Sequence record: NC_071039.1
DNA length: 64,000 nucleotides
Reading direction: 5' to 3' (one strand)
Part shown: piece by piece, positions 35,418-43,281 of the stretch
Layout: every line of letters starts with the position of its first letter
How positions within the stretch are numbered: the first letter of the stretch is position 1
The notes under the pieces: generated by a model
Database searches by the model: none
What the model was told of the DNA's origin: nothing
Seen by the model: only the letters and a program-made list of their open reading frames with translations
Made by a program: the position numbers and the translations under genes

Positions 35418-35643
35418 TTAAGTCAAATGCAAATGCAAATACAAATTATTCTTATTTGCACAGATCAGACCGGCAATCCCAATAACATTACTAACTTAGA
35501 TGAAATGGCTTACTACAATGAACCTTGAATACTGAAAAGTGCCTAAGAAGTAATTCCAGTTGTATCTAAAACACTATGTGTTATTATATACATATAGTGT
35601 TTTTATTTCTTATGATTATATTCAATAATAATGGTAAAAATAT

Positions 35644-35967
35644 ATGATTGAAGTAATTAAATGCATTATATGTAATGAATCACCCCGCCCCGGTGCATTT
35701 GCAGCATTTATTACTCAAATGCGTCAAGTAGTAAAACCTCATGCAACTATAACTAGTTGGAATATTCTGCCCGGCATTAATGATGATCCAACTAGTTATA
35801 TTCATGCATTCAGTATAAAATCAAAAACAGCATACAATATTAATCAAGCGGTTACCTTATTACTAATGTCATTATATAATGCTAGTGAATATAAGACTAG
35901 CTACATACCTACTTCGTTTAAAGACTATGAATCTACAATAAAGCATTTATCTAAGATCAAACAATAA
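35644..35967 (+). CDS. Hypothetical protein, 107 aa
   Basis: ORF. Confidence 0.65.
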   Translation: MIEVIKCIICNESPRPGAFAAFITQMRQVVKPHATITSWNILPGINDDPTSYIHAFSIKSKTAYNINQAVTLLLMSLYNASEYKTSYIPTSFKDYESTIKHLSKIKQ

Positions 35968-36031
35968 CCAGTTGCATATTTACAAATATACATGTATGCT
36001 AAAACATATACACAATCATGAGTACATTATC

Positions 36032-36187
36032 ATGACAAAAGAAATTGCTTTTACTGAAGGATTAAAAGCAGGCACTCAAATAAAAGAAGGCAAAGCTATC
36101 CTAACTGACTTCTTTCGATATTTCAATTCCTTACCAATTAATATGAGAACTTCTTTTATTATCGGTATCAAAACCGGTAGAAACTAA
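36032..36187 (+). CDS. Hypothetical protein, about 51 aa
   Basis: ORF; start uncertain. Confidence 0.5.
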   Translation: MTKEIAFTEGLKAGTQIKEGKAILTDFFRYFNSLPINMRTSFIIGIKTGRN

Positions 36188-36274
36188 TAAGCATATTAAT
36201 TTTCATATTTTGGTAGACAAAGGTACTCACTGGATGCATACTGTACACATACAGAACATACTGAGTACAAAGGG

Positions 36275-36544
36275 ATGGATGCGCGTAGTCTGCTTAGCCT
36301 TATCGAAGACCTCCCTATAGCTGTCTTCGGCAGCACAATGGATATTGTTCATCGAGTCAATTTTGAAGCTCTGGACAATGCCGCTCACACCGACGGGGTA
36401 AAAGTCCACGAAGATGGAACCAACTGTTATACAGACGCTTTTGTCGATTGTTGGCTCCGCAGCGTCGAAACAGTTTTGGCCTGTTGCGATTTTGTGACCG
36501 AGGATGCCGCTAAGTGGTATACCGAGCACGGTGTCAAGTTTTGA
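36275..36544 (+). CDS. Hypothetical protein, 89 aa
   Basis: AAGGGA RBS; GC-rich. Confidence 0.7.
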   Translation: MDARSLLSLIEDLPIAVFGSTMDIVHRVNFEALDNAAHTDGVKVHEDGTNCYTDAFVDCWLRSVETVLACCDFVTEDAAKWYTEHGVKF

Positions 36545-36574
36545 CATCCTCTGCCTCGCTTGCAGATAAAAAGG

Positions 36575-36603
36575 TTGACGTAGACTAGCAATGGACACAT
36601 AAT
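36575..36603 (+). promoter_or_regulatory. sigma70 promoter, duplicated at 37972
   Basis: TTGACG-17-CATAAT followed by AATTACAAC. Confidence 0.75.
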
Positions 36604-36637
36604 AATTACAACGCAACCAGCCCAGGAGGGCAAAACT

Positions 36638-36787
36638 ATGTGCAACATCCAATGCATGAACAGCAAAGCAGGCGAGTCCTACGCATGGATTTGGAGCGAT
36701 AGTGATAACGATATCTGCTACGAAGTCATCTTCAGGCATGGCCAGGTCATTACCCAGGTTTGGCTCGGCTATGATATCGTAGCCTAA
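36638..36787 (+). CDS. Hypothetical protein, 49 aa (not in ORF track)
   Basis: AGGAGG RBS; MCNIQCMNSKAGESYAWIWSDSD... Confidence 0.7.
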   Translation: MCNIQCMNSKAGESYAWIWSDSDNDICYEVIFRHGQVITQVWLGYDIVA

Positions 36788-36796
36788 CACCAACTA

Positions 36797-36820
36797 AAGC
36801 CCCGTCCCGGGACGGGGCTT
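36797..36820. terminator. GC-rich hairpin / terminator
   Basis: aagccccgtc-ccgg-gacggggctt. Confidence 0.65.
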
Positions 36821-36837
36821 CACCGAAGGAAAAGATC

Positions 36838-37047
36838 ATGATCGAACAACTGAAAGCCATGCTCGTAGCGCAACGCATGCGCATGAACCAACTCGAAAAA
36901 CTGCGCTACACCGGACGCGTCGCTAGCGAGTTGCATGCCCACGCCAGGGAATTGTGTGAAGCCTTGGAACTGGCAATTGCAAATGCCCAGTGCCTGGAAA
37001 TGCGCAAGTTCGAAGAAGCCGCCCTGCACGCCCTGTTCGCACAATAG
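36838..37047 (+). CDS. Hypothetical helical protein, 69 aa
   Basis: AAGGA RBS. Confidence 0.75.
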   Translation: MIEQLKAMLVAQRMRMNQLEKLRYTGRVASELHAHARELCEALELAIANAQCLEMRKFEEAALHALFAQ

Positions 37048-37080
37048 CCCATCGCGCACAACCCGACAAGGAAACCAAAC

Positions 37081-37572
37081 ATGAGCACCACAATCCCTGA
37101 TTCGATTAACCCGGGTGATCTTCCTGAAATCGGCCAGCCATTGGCTGATGGAACCTTCTTTGCCCGCCAATGGCTCAATGGCAAGGAATACGCCTACGTC
37201 GCTCTCGGCAAAAGCGCCGAGTTCACCGGAGAATGGGGCGAGTATGGGAAGGACGTGGACGGCGCCGTTAGCTATCGAGACGGAGCTTCGAACACGATCG
37301 CCATGGCTGAAGCTGGCAGCCCGATTGCCAAGCAAGCTCTTGAGGTCGGAGAAGGCGTATTCATTCCTTCTGTTCTGGAACTGTCTCTTCTGTTCTCCGC
37401 CAAGCAAGCAGGCGAGCTGTCTGGTTTCGCAGATTGCTGGTACTGGTCGAGTTCGCAGTACTCCGCCTACAGCGCCTTCTACACGTACTTCCACGACGGC
37501 CTCACGCTCAGCTACGTCAAGGACTTCGACTGCCGTGTCCGCCCCGTCCGCAAGATTCTCATTCTTCAGTAA
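37081..37572 (+). CDS. DUF1566 / Lcl-C-terminal (C-type-lectin-like) domain protein, DGR-target type
   Basis: LPEIGQ...GG-type start, DG..NT..M, FIPS..EL, WYWSSSQYS...F.DG....K....RVRPVR. Confidence 0.85.
   Translation: MSTTIPDSINPGDLPEIGQPLADGTFFARQWLNGKEYAYVALGKSAEFTGEWGEYGKDVDGAVSYRDGASNTIAMAEAGSPIAKQALEVGEGVFIPSVLELSLLFSAKQAGELSGFADCWYWSSSQYSAYSAFYTYFHDGLTLSYVKDFDCRVRPVRKILILQ
37459..37551 (+). other. DGR variable-region-like segment
   Basis: 27 of 31 codons end in C, in positions that are AAC in typical template repeats; ends CGTGTCCGCCCCGTCCGC. Confidence 0.55.
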
Positions 37573-37649
37573 TCTAGCCCCGGAGATAACACGATGAACC
37601 TGCACCTCTCCAAGCATTGTCTGCGCCAACGCGGGACCAAGGAACAATC

Positions 37650-37898
37650 ATGAGCATTGCAAGCTACCTCTTGTTGTCCACCATTGTCTTCAACAACAAC
37701 ACCTACGCTCGTTCGACGACAGTGGACACCATTGTGGTTCGTGACCTCAGCAAGGAAGACTGCGAGGCGCTCAAGCGTGAGCGCGAAGCGGTTGTTAAGA
37801 ACATCCAGGCAAGGAACTTCGGTAGCTCTGGTGATACGAGCGGTATCGCCGTGGGCTTTTCCAAACATAGCTGCACAAAGATGAAGGGTACGAAATAA
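37650..37898 (+). CDS. Hypothetical protein, 82 aa
   Basis: AAGGA RBS before ATG 37650; preceded by a 19-aa remnant ORF 37594-37653. Confidence 0.7.
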   Translation: MSIASYLLLSTIVFNNNTYARSTTVDTIVVRDLSKEDCEALKREREAVVKNIQARNFGSSGDTSGIAVGFSKHSCTKMKGTK

Positions 37899-37971
37899 CT
37901 CAACTGGCCACCGCGAGCAAACATTGCCCGGAAGGTGCTAGCTGACCGCCTGGCGGAACAATAAATAAAAG

Positions 37972-38000
37972 TTGACGTAGCCGAGCGAAGGGCGCATAAT
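37972..38000 (+). promoter_or_regulatory. sigma70 promoter, duplicate of 36575
   Basis: TTGACG-17-CATAAT followed by AATTACAAC. Confidence 0.75.
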
Positions 38001-38038
38001 AATTACAACACAACACAGCAAGCCCCGGAGGCGCAACC

Positions 38039-38239
38039 ATGAGCCAGATCGTAGATGTCAAGCAAATTGCAATTGATGCAAACCGTCGGCCGGCCTACAA
38101 TGCGGTCATGGTGCGCTGGTTGATGCAGGAAGCTGAATTGCACCGTAGCTGTGGGCGCACCGCTACCCTGTTCTGCATCGTTCGCAACCGCCCTGACGGC
38201 ACACAGCGCCAGCTTGTGCAGCTTGTGGCTAGCGAGTAA
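38039..38239 (+). CDS. Hypothetical protein, 66 aa
   Basis: GGAGG RBS. Confidence 0.75.
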   Translation: MSQIVDVKQIAIDANRRPAYNAVMVRWLMQEAELHRSCGRTATLFCIVRNRPDGTQRQLVQLVASE

Positions 38240-38269
38240 CCTCAATCACCCTATGCCCGGGAGGCCGTC

Positions 38270-38434
38270 ATGAATGCTGCACTGGCCAGACTTCAAAACG
38301 AACGTTGCATGTTACTTCGCCGGATGCTTTGCAGCAAATGGCACGGATTCTGTTTTGCAGGTCACCCTTGGGCAGAACAAGCCCGCAATCTGCACAACGA
38401 ATCCAAGTGCATCCGAGAACATCACAGTAAGTAA
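38270..38434 (+). CDS. Hypothetical protein, 54 aa (preferred over ORF-track 38274-38495)
   Basis: GGAGG RBS correctly spaced to ATG 38270; MNAALARLQNERCMLLRR... Confidence 0.55.
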   Translation: MNAALARLQNERCMLLRRMLCSKWHGFCFAGHPWAEQARNLHNESKCIREHHSK

Positions 38435-38554
38435 TCCAATCCCACTGGATCTTACTGAGGATAAGATAATGACCTACGCAGAACATAGAAGCTAGTCATT
38501 ATCTTTCCAATAATGAAGTTAATTTTCAAAATGCAGGCAAGCAGGAGAACTAAA

Positions 38555-38851
38555 ATGAATTGCGAACATTTTTTCCTCAGTGCAGTAAAAGAACTTCTGT
38601 CTCTGTACCACATTAAGAGTACTATTCAACCGTCTTCTGATAACCTCGAAGAATTGGTAGTAGTTATTACCGATACTGCTTTTGGTACTATCAGATATGT
38701 CGGAAATAATACTGGATCGGTTATGTGTTATACGATGGGCGGTAATTACCCGTTGTATGATACTGAGTGTTATTCCAACCGAACTATGATAGATTGTGTT
38801 ATGTTGATATCAGTTTGGTATTCAATGTTCCCGACATTCGATAATAAGTAA
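38555..38851 (+). CDS. Hypothetical protein, 98 aa
   Basis: AGGAG RBS before ATG 38555. Confidence 0.75.
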   Translation: MNCEHFFLSAVKELLSLYHIKSTIQPSSDNLEELVVVITDTAFGTIRYVGNNTGSVMCYTMGGNYPLYDTECYSNRTMIDCVMLISVWYSMFPTFDNK

Positions 38852-39108
38852 TATAATGGTTGCTCTATATAGTGTATGATGTTAGTTGTATACTATATAG
38901 AACAATTCTATTAACTGGGAGGGATTAATAAAAATATTTTCTTGACAATAGTAGGTATAGGATAATTCTATTATACTGAAAATTGTTATAGAAAAATATA
39001 GTTGACAAATTTTGAAAGTGATGAATTCCAACACCGGGTGGCTGTAAGCTGAGACGGTTGACATTCGGTGGGTGGTGGATTGTTACGCGGGTAGATTTTG
39101 AAATTCAC

Positions 39109-39250
39109 CGTCTATAGGTTCGTCTATAGGTTCGTCTATAGGTTCACTTATAAGTCACTTTCACTTATAAGCCACTTTCTCACTTTCATTTATAGGTCAC
39201 ATTCAATACTGTTACTACACACATTCAAACCTATAAGTCATTTCACTGTA
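39109..39250. repeat. 12-bp tandem repeat x3 followed by degenerate TCAC(T/A)T repeats
   Basis: (cgtctataggtt)3 at 39109-39144, then ttcactt/tcacttt/ccacttt/tcacatt. Confidence 0.8.
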
Positions 39251-39376
39251 CTGTACTGTATTGTACCGTATCATATATACTTCATACAATTCTCTTCTTT
39301 ATCATGCTGCTAGTAAACAATCTATGTTATTATGCGTAGAAATGTTGTATAGTGTATTATAGTAAGTATAGTATGA

Positions 39377-39610
39377 TTGCTATACAATATTCCTAATCTC
39401 ATATTGTTGTTTAATTTTCCAAATCTGTCTCGGCTGTTCTACTTTATGTCTCATAGTTACGTATTTTCTTTATCTAGGCGTATACGTAATAAACAAAGTA
39501 ACTTTATAAAAAATTACTATAACTTATTAAAATGGGCATACGGCGAAAGAGACATTAATAGATATATTACACGATACACACTGAGTAGAGCATTATATAG
39601 AGGCAATTGA
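39377..39610 (+). CDS. Microprotein array 2 member, 77 aa
   Basis: ORF; start uncertain. Confidence 0.45.
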   Translation: MLYNIPNLILLFNFPNLSRLFYFMSHSYVFSLSRRIRNKQSNFIKNYYNLLKWAYGERDINRYITRYTLSRALYRGN

Positions 39611-39616
39611 ATAAAA

Positions 39617-39826
39617 ATGAGTAGTATAATAAAAACATCTGTGTATTATAATAATATTAATATATCTTCTTATGTTACAATCATTAAACTAGCTACAACA
39701 TATAGGTTAAAAGAATTTTCATACATTGGAAATTTAAATATATCTTTAATACGCAATAAAACTTATGTTACATTGAGTGTAAGTAAATATGGTATAAAAA
39801 TTAATGTTAATATTAGAAATATCTAG
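39617..39826 (+). CDS. Microprotein array 2 member, 69 aa
   Basis: AGAGG RBS; MSSIIKTSVYY. Confidence 0.65.
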   Translation: MSSIIKTSVYYNNINISSYVTIIKLATTYRLKEFSYIGNLNISLIRNKTYVTLSVSKYGIKINVNIRNI

Positions 39827-39989
39827 TAGAATAAGGGTTATACGATATGATACATTCCTTAATGCTAAATATACACTTTTTAATAGTATACCGAATTTAA
39901 GCATGTATAAAATAGGCATTGATGTTGATGATAACGTTATATCTATAATAGTTTACCAAACATATGAACAAGATATTTTTAATTTCTAA
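39804..39989 (+). CDS. Microprotein array 2 member, 61 aa
   Basis: MLILEISSRI. Confidence 0.65.
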   Translation: MLILEISSRIRVIRYDTFLNAKYTLFNSIPNLSMYKIGIDVDDNVISIIVYQTYEQDIFNF

Positions 39990-40179
39990 CAATATTAATT
40001 TAATGAAGTATAACATACTTTACTATTATTATTCTGCTATTGCAGTTAATACACATAAATTCTGGAAGGATAGAAGCTACGATATTGAAATAACATTTAC
40101 AGGGGGTAATGCAATTATTCTGGAGTTGTTATTTCTAAATTGTAGAATAAAGGTTAGGAAACAATATGACTACGAATGA
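39964..40179 (+). CDS. Microprotein array 2 member, 71 aa
   Basis: MNKIFLISNNI. Confidence 0.7.
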   Translation: MNKIFLISNNINLMKYNILYYYYSAIAVNTHKFWKDRSYDIEITFTGGNAIILELLFLNCRIKVRKQYDYE

Positions 40180-40357
40180 GATTATACGCTGCTCGCGTAT
40201 TGTAGGGATGAACTGCATACGTAGATACATTGCTGTATTTTATAGTTGTGAGTTTAAAAGTTTATATATACAGCTTAGTGAGCTTAGCTATGATGGAAGT
40301 TTAGGTTTAATGTATAGAGACTATGATTCAGATATACTTTTTTATATACTTAGATAA
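40166..40357 (+). CDS. Microprotein array 2 member, 63 aa
   Basis: MTTNEIIRCSRI. Confidence 0.65.
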   Translation: MTTNEIIRCSRIVGMNCIRRYIAVFYSCEFKSLYIQLSELSYDGSLGLMYRDYDSDILFYILR

Positions 40358-40359
40358 TT

Positions 40360-40545
40360 ATGAATATATTTAAAATTAGTGTTTTATCATATGAAACAAT
40401 GCAATTAGATACATTGCTTCGATATATTACAATACCCCAACATGTACCTATAAAGACTGTTTCTATAGTATATTTAAATGATTCAAAATTTGAAGTATAC
40501 ATTATCTTTGATAATATGAATTATATAATACTTACACATGAATAG
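40360..40545 (+). CDS. Microprotein array 2 member, 61 aa
   Basis: MNIFKISVLSYET. Confidence 0.7.
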   Translation: MNIFKISVLSYETMQLDTLLRYITIPQHVPIKTVSIVYLNDSKFEVYIIFDNMNYIILTHE

Positions 40546-40768
40546 TATTTTATTAAGATCTAGAATTCTATCATACGAAACTATAAATTCTTTTTTTAAT
40601 ATACTCTCGGCTATCAGTAGTAAGCGTAATCATACCTGGTCTGCTGTACGCAGCGTATCGTGCGAGTGTTTTAGAGACAATAATAATTACACACGGGTAA
40701 ATTTCTCTGTTGAAACCTTTGCAGATAATACATTTATTTTAGCCAGATATAGAAGTAACAAAGCATAA
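40538..40768 (+). CDS. Microprotein array 2 member, 76 aa
   Basis: MNSILLRSRILSYET (ILSYET shared with the previous gene). Confidence 0.7.
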   Translation: MNSILLRSRILSYETINSFFNILSAISSKRNHTWSAVRSVSCECFRDNNNYTRVNFSVETFADNTFILARYRSNKA

Positions 40769-40799
40769 CTCTATATTAAACATATATCAATATACACTA

Positions 40800-40841
40800 G
40801 GGTGAAGGGTGAAGGGTGAAGGGTGAAGGGTGAAGGGTGAA
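40800..40841 (+). repeat. (GGGTGAA)6 microsatellite, G-quadruplex motif
   Basis: Six perfect 7-bp units, six G3 tracts. Confidence 0.9.
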
Positions 40842-40879
40842 TAGTATAAGATCGAAACTTGTATATAAGAAAGAGGAAC

Positions 40880-41030
40880 GTACATGATAACATGAATAAA
40901 CATGTAGGAATGAGTTATATGTGTGAAGTGGCGAAGTGATGGGGATGAAGTGGAACATACATGATAACACGTAGGAATGAGTTATATGAGTGATTATATG
41001 AGTGATTATATGAGTGATTATATGAGTGAA
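40880..41030. repeat. Purine-rich repeats including (gagtgattatat)3.5 and duplicated acatgataaca...gtaggaatgagttatatg
   Basis: 12-bp units at 40988, 41000, 41012. Confidence 0.8.
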
Positions 41031-41170
41031 GTGGATTATCTACTAGCACAATTGATTTAAAAAAATGCGTGCTAGCTCCACCATTCTAAAAAAATAAAAT
41101 CTTGCTATGCAAATGCATGCAGTTTTGCTATAATATTATTATATTTAATCTAATATAACGGAATTTTAAA

Positions 41171-41545
41171 ATGATATTTGTTTTTGGTAGTAATGAAGCG
41201 GGTCGACATGGCGCTGGCGCAGCAAAATTTGCACTACAGCGTAAAGGTGCAATCTACGGTATCGGTGTAGGTCATCATGGACAAAGTTATGCAATTCCTA
41301 CTAAAGATCATAACATAATTACACTACCGTATGCTGATATAGAAAAATATGTTAAGCAGTTTTTAGAATATGCGAAAAATAATCCACAATTGCAATTTCA
41401 GGTAACCCGAATCGGTTGTGGTCTAGCAGGTTTTACTGATAACGAAATAGCTCCTCTGTTTGTTACTGCATCGGATAATTGCTATTTCGATAGCGCCTGG
41501 GCGCCTTATCTTCCTGGCAATTTTAAATTTTGGGGAAGTTTATGA
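41171..41545 (+). CDS. Macrodomain-like phage protein (A1S_2505-family type), 124 aa
   Basis: IFVFGSN.AG.HG.GAA, GQSYAIPTK, FQVTRIGCGLAG signatures. Confidence 0.8.
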   Translation: MIFVFGSNEAGRHGAGAAKFALQRKGAIYGIGVGHHGQSYAIPTKDHNIITLPYADIEKYVKQFLEYAKNNPQLQFQVTRIGCGLAGFTDNEIAPLFVTASDNCYFDSAWAPYLPGNFKFWGSL

Positions 41546-41757
41546 ATATAATAGAGAAAATACAAGACTATAATAGTGTTTTTGATAGAATAACAGTCTC
41601 ATATTTATTGCAATTAATAACAGGGAGTGAAAAGTTAATTAACTTTGATTTTATCAATATAAAGATAGTAACATATAAAACTAGTGTAACTAGTAAACCT
41701 AGTGCAACATTAGAATATAGAACATGCAGTTTTCCTATAAAAATAGGATTAGTATAG
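41542..41757 (+). CDS. Microprotein array 3 member, 71 aa
   Basis: ATGA overlap; MNIIEKIQDY. Confidence 0.65.
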   Translation: MNIIEKIQDYNSVFDRITVSYLLQLITGSEKLINFDFINIKIVTYKTSVTSKPSATLEYRTCSFPIKIGLV

Positions 41758-41972
41758 TGAATAAACAAGCAGAATATATTCACGCATACATTAAGGTATT
41801 AAGCGTCTGTTCTATTAATAAAATAATTAATAAGCGTGTGAATCATTTTAGTATATACATAACAGAAGTTATTCATGATTTTGATGGAAAATATTTAATT
41901 GTGAGAGCTAAATTTTATATTGTAGGTATTTACGGTTGTTATAGCAAGCCGGTTATATACAGATGCATATAG
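41757..41972 (+). CDS. Microprotein array 3 member, about 71 aa
   Basis: GTG start overlapping the previous stop. Confidence 0.55.
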   Translation: MNKQAEYIHAYIKVLSVCSINKIINKRVNHFSIYITEVIHDFDGKYLIVRAKFYIVGIYGCYSKPVIYRCI

Positions 41973-42157
41973 ATATATTAGATTATTCAGCACGCTTCGG
42001 CAGAAGGTCCAATGCCGTATCTATGTTAATTTACCTTGCATTTTTAACGGTTAATAGTAAACATATAAAAATAAAAATAGATAAATCGTCTAGGGTTTTC
42101 TTTTCTATAATAGAAAACAACAATTTAAGATATAGTATAGGTATAGTATGTCAGTAA
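41963..42157 (+). CDS. Microprotein array 3 member, 64 aa
   Basis: MHIDILDYSAR. Confidence 0.6.
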   Translation: MHIDILDYSARFGRRSNAVSMLIYLAFLTVNSKHIKIKIDKSSRVFFSIIENNNLRYSIGIVCQ

Positions 42158-42405
42158 AGGATATACTAATTTTATCTAATTTCTTTAATAAAGAAAAGTC
42201 GATTGCATCTATTTGTCCCATGCTAACAGTAAATTCAAATCTTGCTCCTTTAGAAATGCCGTTCGAAAACATAAAACTTCTAACTGTAAATATACATTTT
42301 TCCAAAGCTACCTCAAACCACATAAAATATGAGTTTACTTTTGTAACAGACAACACCGTACTTAACAACTTAAATGGATATGCAGTGTATATAAGACATG
42401 ATTAA
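42148..42405 (+). CDS. Microprotein array 3 member, 85 aa
   Basis: MSVKDILILSNFF. Confidence 0.65.
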   Translation: MSVKDILILSNFFNKEKSIASICPMLTVNSNLAPLEMPFENIKLLTVNIHFSKATSNHIKYEFTFVTDNTVLNNLNGYAVYIRHD

Positions 42406-42619
42406 ACATTTCGACAGTGTTACTAATATCCTATTTTTATCCCATTATATTATTGTAAATGATAAACTTATATCTGCATTTGTAAAATTTTACAATACGG
42501 ATAAAAATAAAGATGTTAAACCGCATTTTATTATAGTTACAGACTATTATAATAGAATATCGAAAAATATATTTTTCGTAGTAGACGATGCGTATTATGT
42601 AACTAGGTATAATGAATGA
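42398..42619 (+). CDS. Microprotein array 3 member, 73 aa
   Basis: ...TNILFLSHY. Confidence 0.65.
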   Translation: MIKHFDSVTNILFLSHYIIVNDKLISAFVKFYNTDKNKDVKPHFIIVTDYYNRISKNIFFVVDDAYYVTRYNE

Positions 42620-42855
42620 ATTATCATACCAAACTCTTTACATTAGTTAATACATTTTCTATATCACATGCTATGCACTGCAATATATGTAATGCACATT
42701 TAGCTAACATAACGTTTTTATTTTATGTTAAGGATGCATATTGCGTCGATTTGCATCACGTTAAGTTAACAACAAAAAAATTGTTTAATAAAGATGAAAT
42801 TTATATGTTTACTAATGTAAATTCTTTAAAAATATGTGAAATACGTTGTGTATAA
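42616..42855 (+). CDS. Microprotein array 3 member, 79 aa
   Basis: ATGA overlap. Confidence 0.6.
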   Translation: MNYHTKLFTLVNTFSISHAMHCNICNAHLANITFLFYVKDAYCVDLHHVKLTTKKLFNKDEIYMFTNVNSLKICEIRCV

Positions 42856-42994
42856 CTTTTTATATTATAATAAAAAGATTATAGTTTTATAGCATGATCG
42901 AGAATCATCTAAATTTATGTTCAATGTATATACGAATGCCTAATAATCTTACTTATTAACGTACTATTCAGCATTATAGGATTTTATAATTGAT

Positions 42995-43180
42995 ATGTAT
43001 ATAATAGACCTGCAATATTTTTATTCCTACAAATCTATAATAAAATCTATAATATATATTAACACACATTCCATTAATGTACGTTTTTCATTAATAAAAT
43101 ACCACTACGCATGGCTAGTATATACTAGTCACGGTCATACATTATTCAACAAAATAATAACAGATAATATTGCTAAGTAA
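42995..43180 (+). CDS. Microprotein array 3 member, 61 aa
   Basis: MYIIDLQYFY. Confidence 0.6.
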   Translation: MYIIDLQYFYSYKSIIKSIIYINTHSINVRFSLIKYHYAWLVYTSHGHTLFNKIITDNIAK

Positions 43181-43281
43181 TCGTTTCATATTTGCTTATA
43201 AACACAATGTTTACATAATTGTATTACATAGTGTATTATTAAGTATTGTTGCAAGGATCGCAACAACGGAGATAACAAGGA

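Noticed and set aside
36820-37647. 275-aa minus-strand ORF, and similar antisense ORFs at 33865-34323, 28074-28433, 17221-17728
   Set aside because: Antisense shadows of GC-rich plus-strand genes that have RBSs and recognisable motifs.
37081-38500. Complete diversity-generating retroelement
   Set aside because: No AAC-rich template repeat, avd or reverse transcriptase in the window; the caacaacaac at ~37691 is ordinary coding sequence.
8536-41030. CRISPR array among the tandem and dispersed repeats
   Set aside because: No constant repeat with unique, equal-length spacers, and no cas genes.
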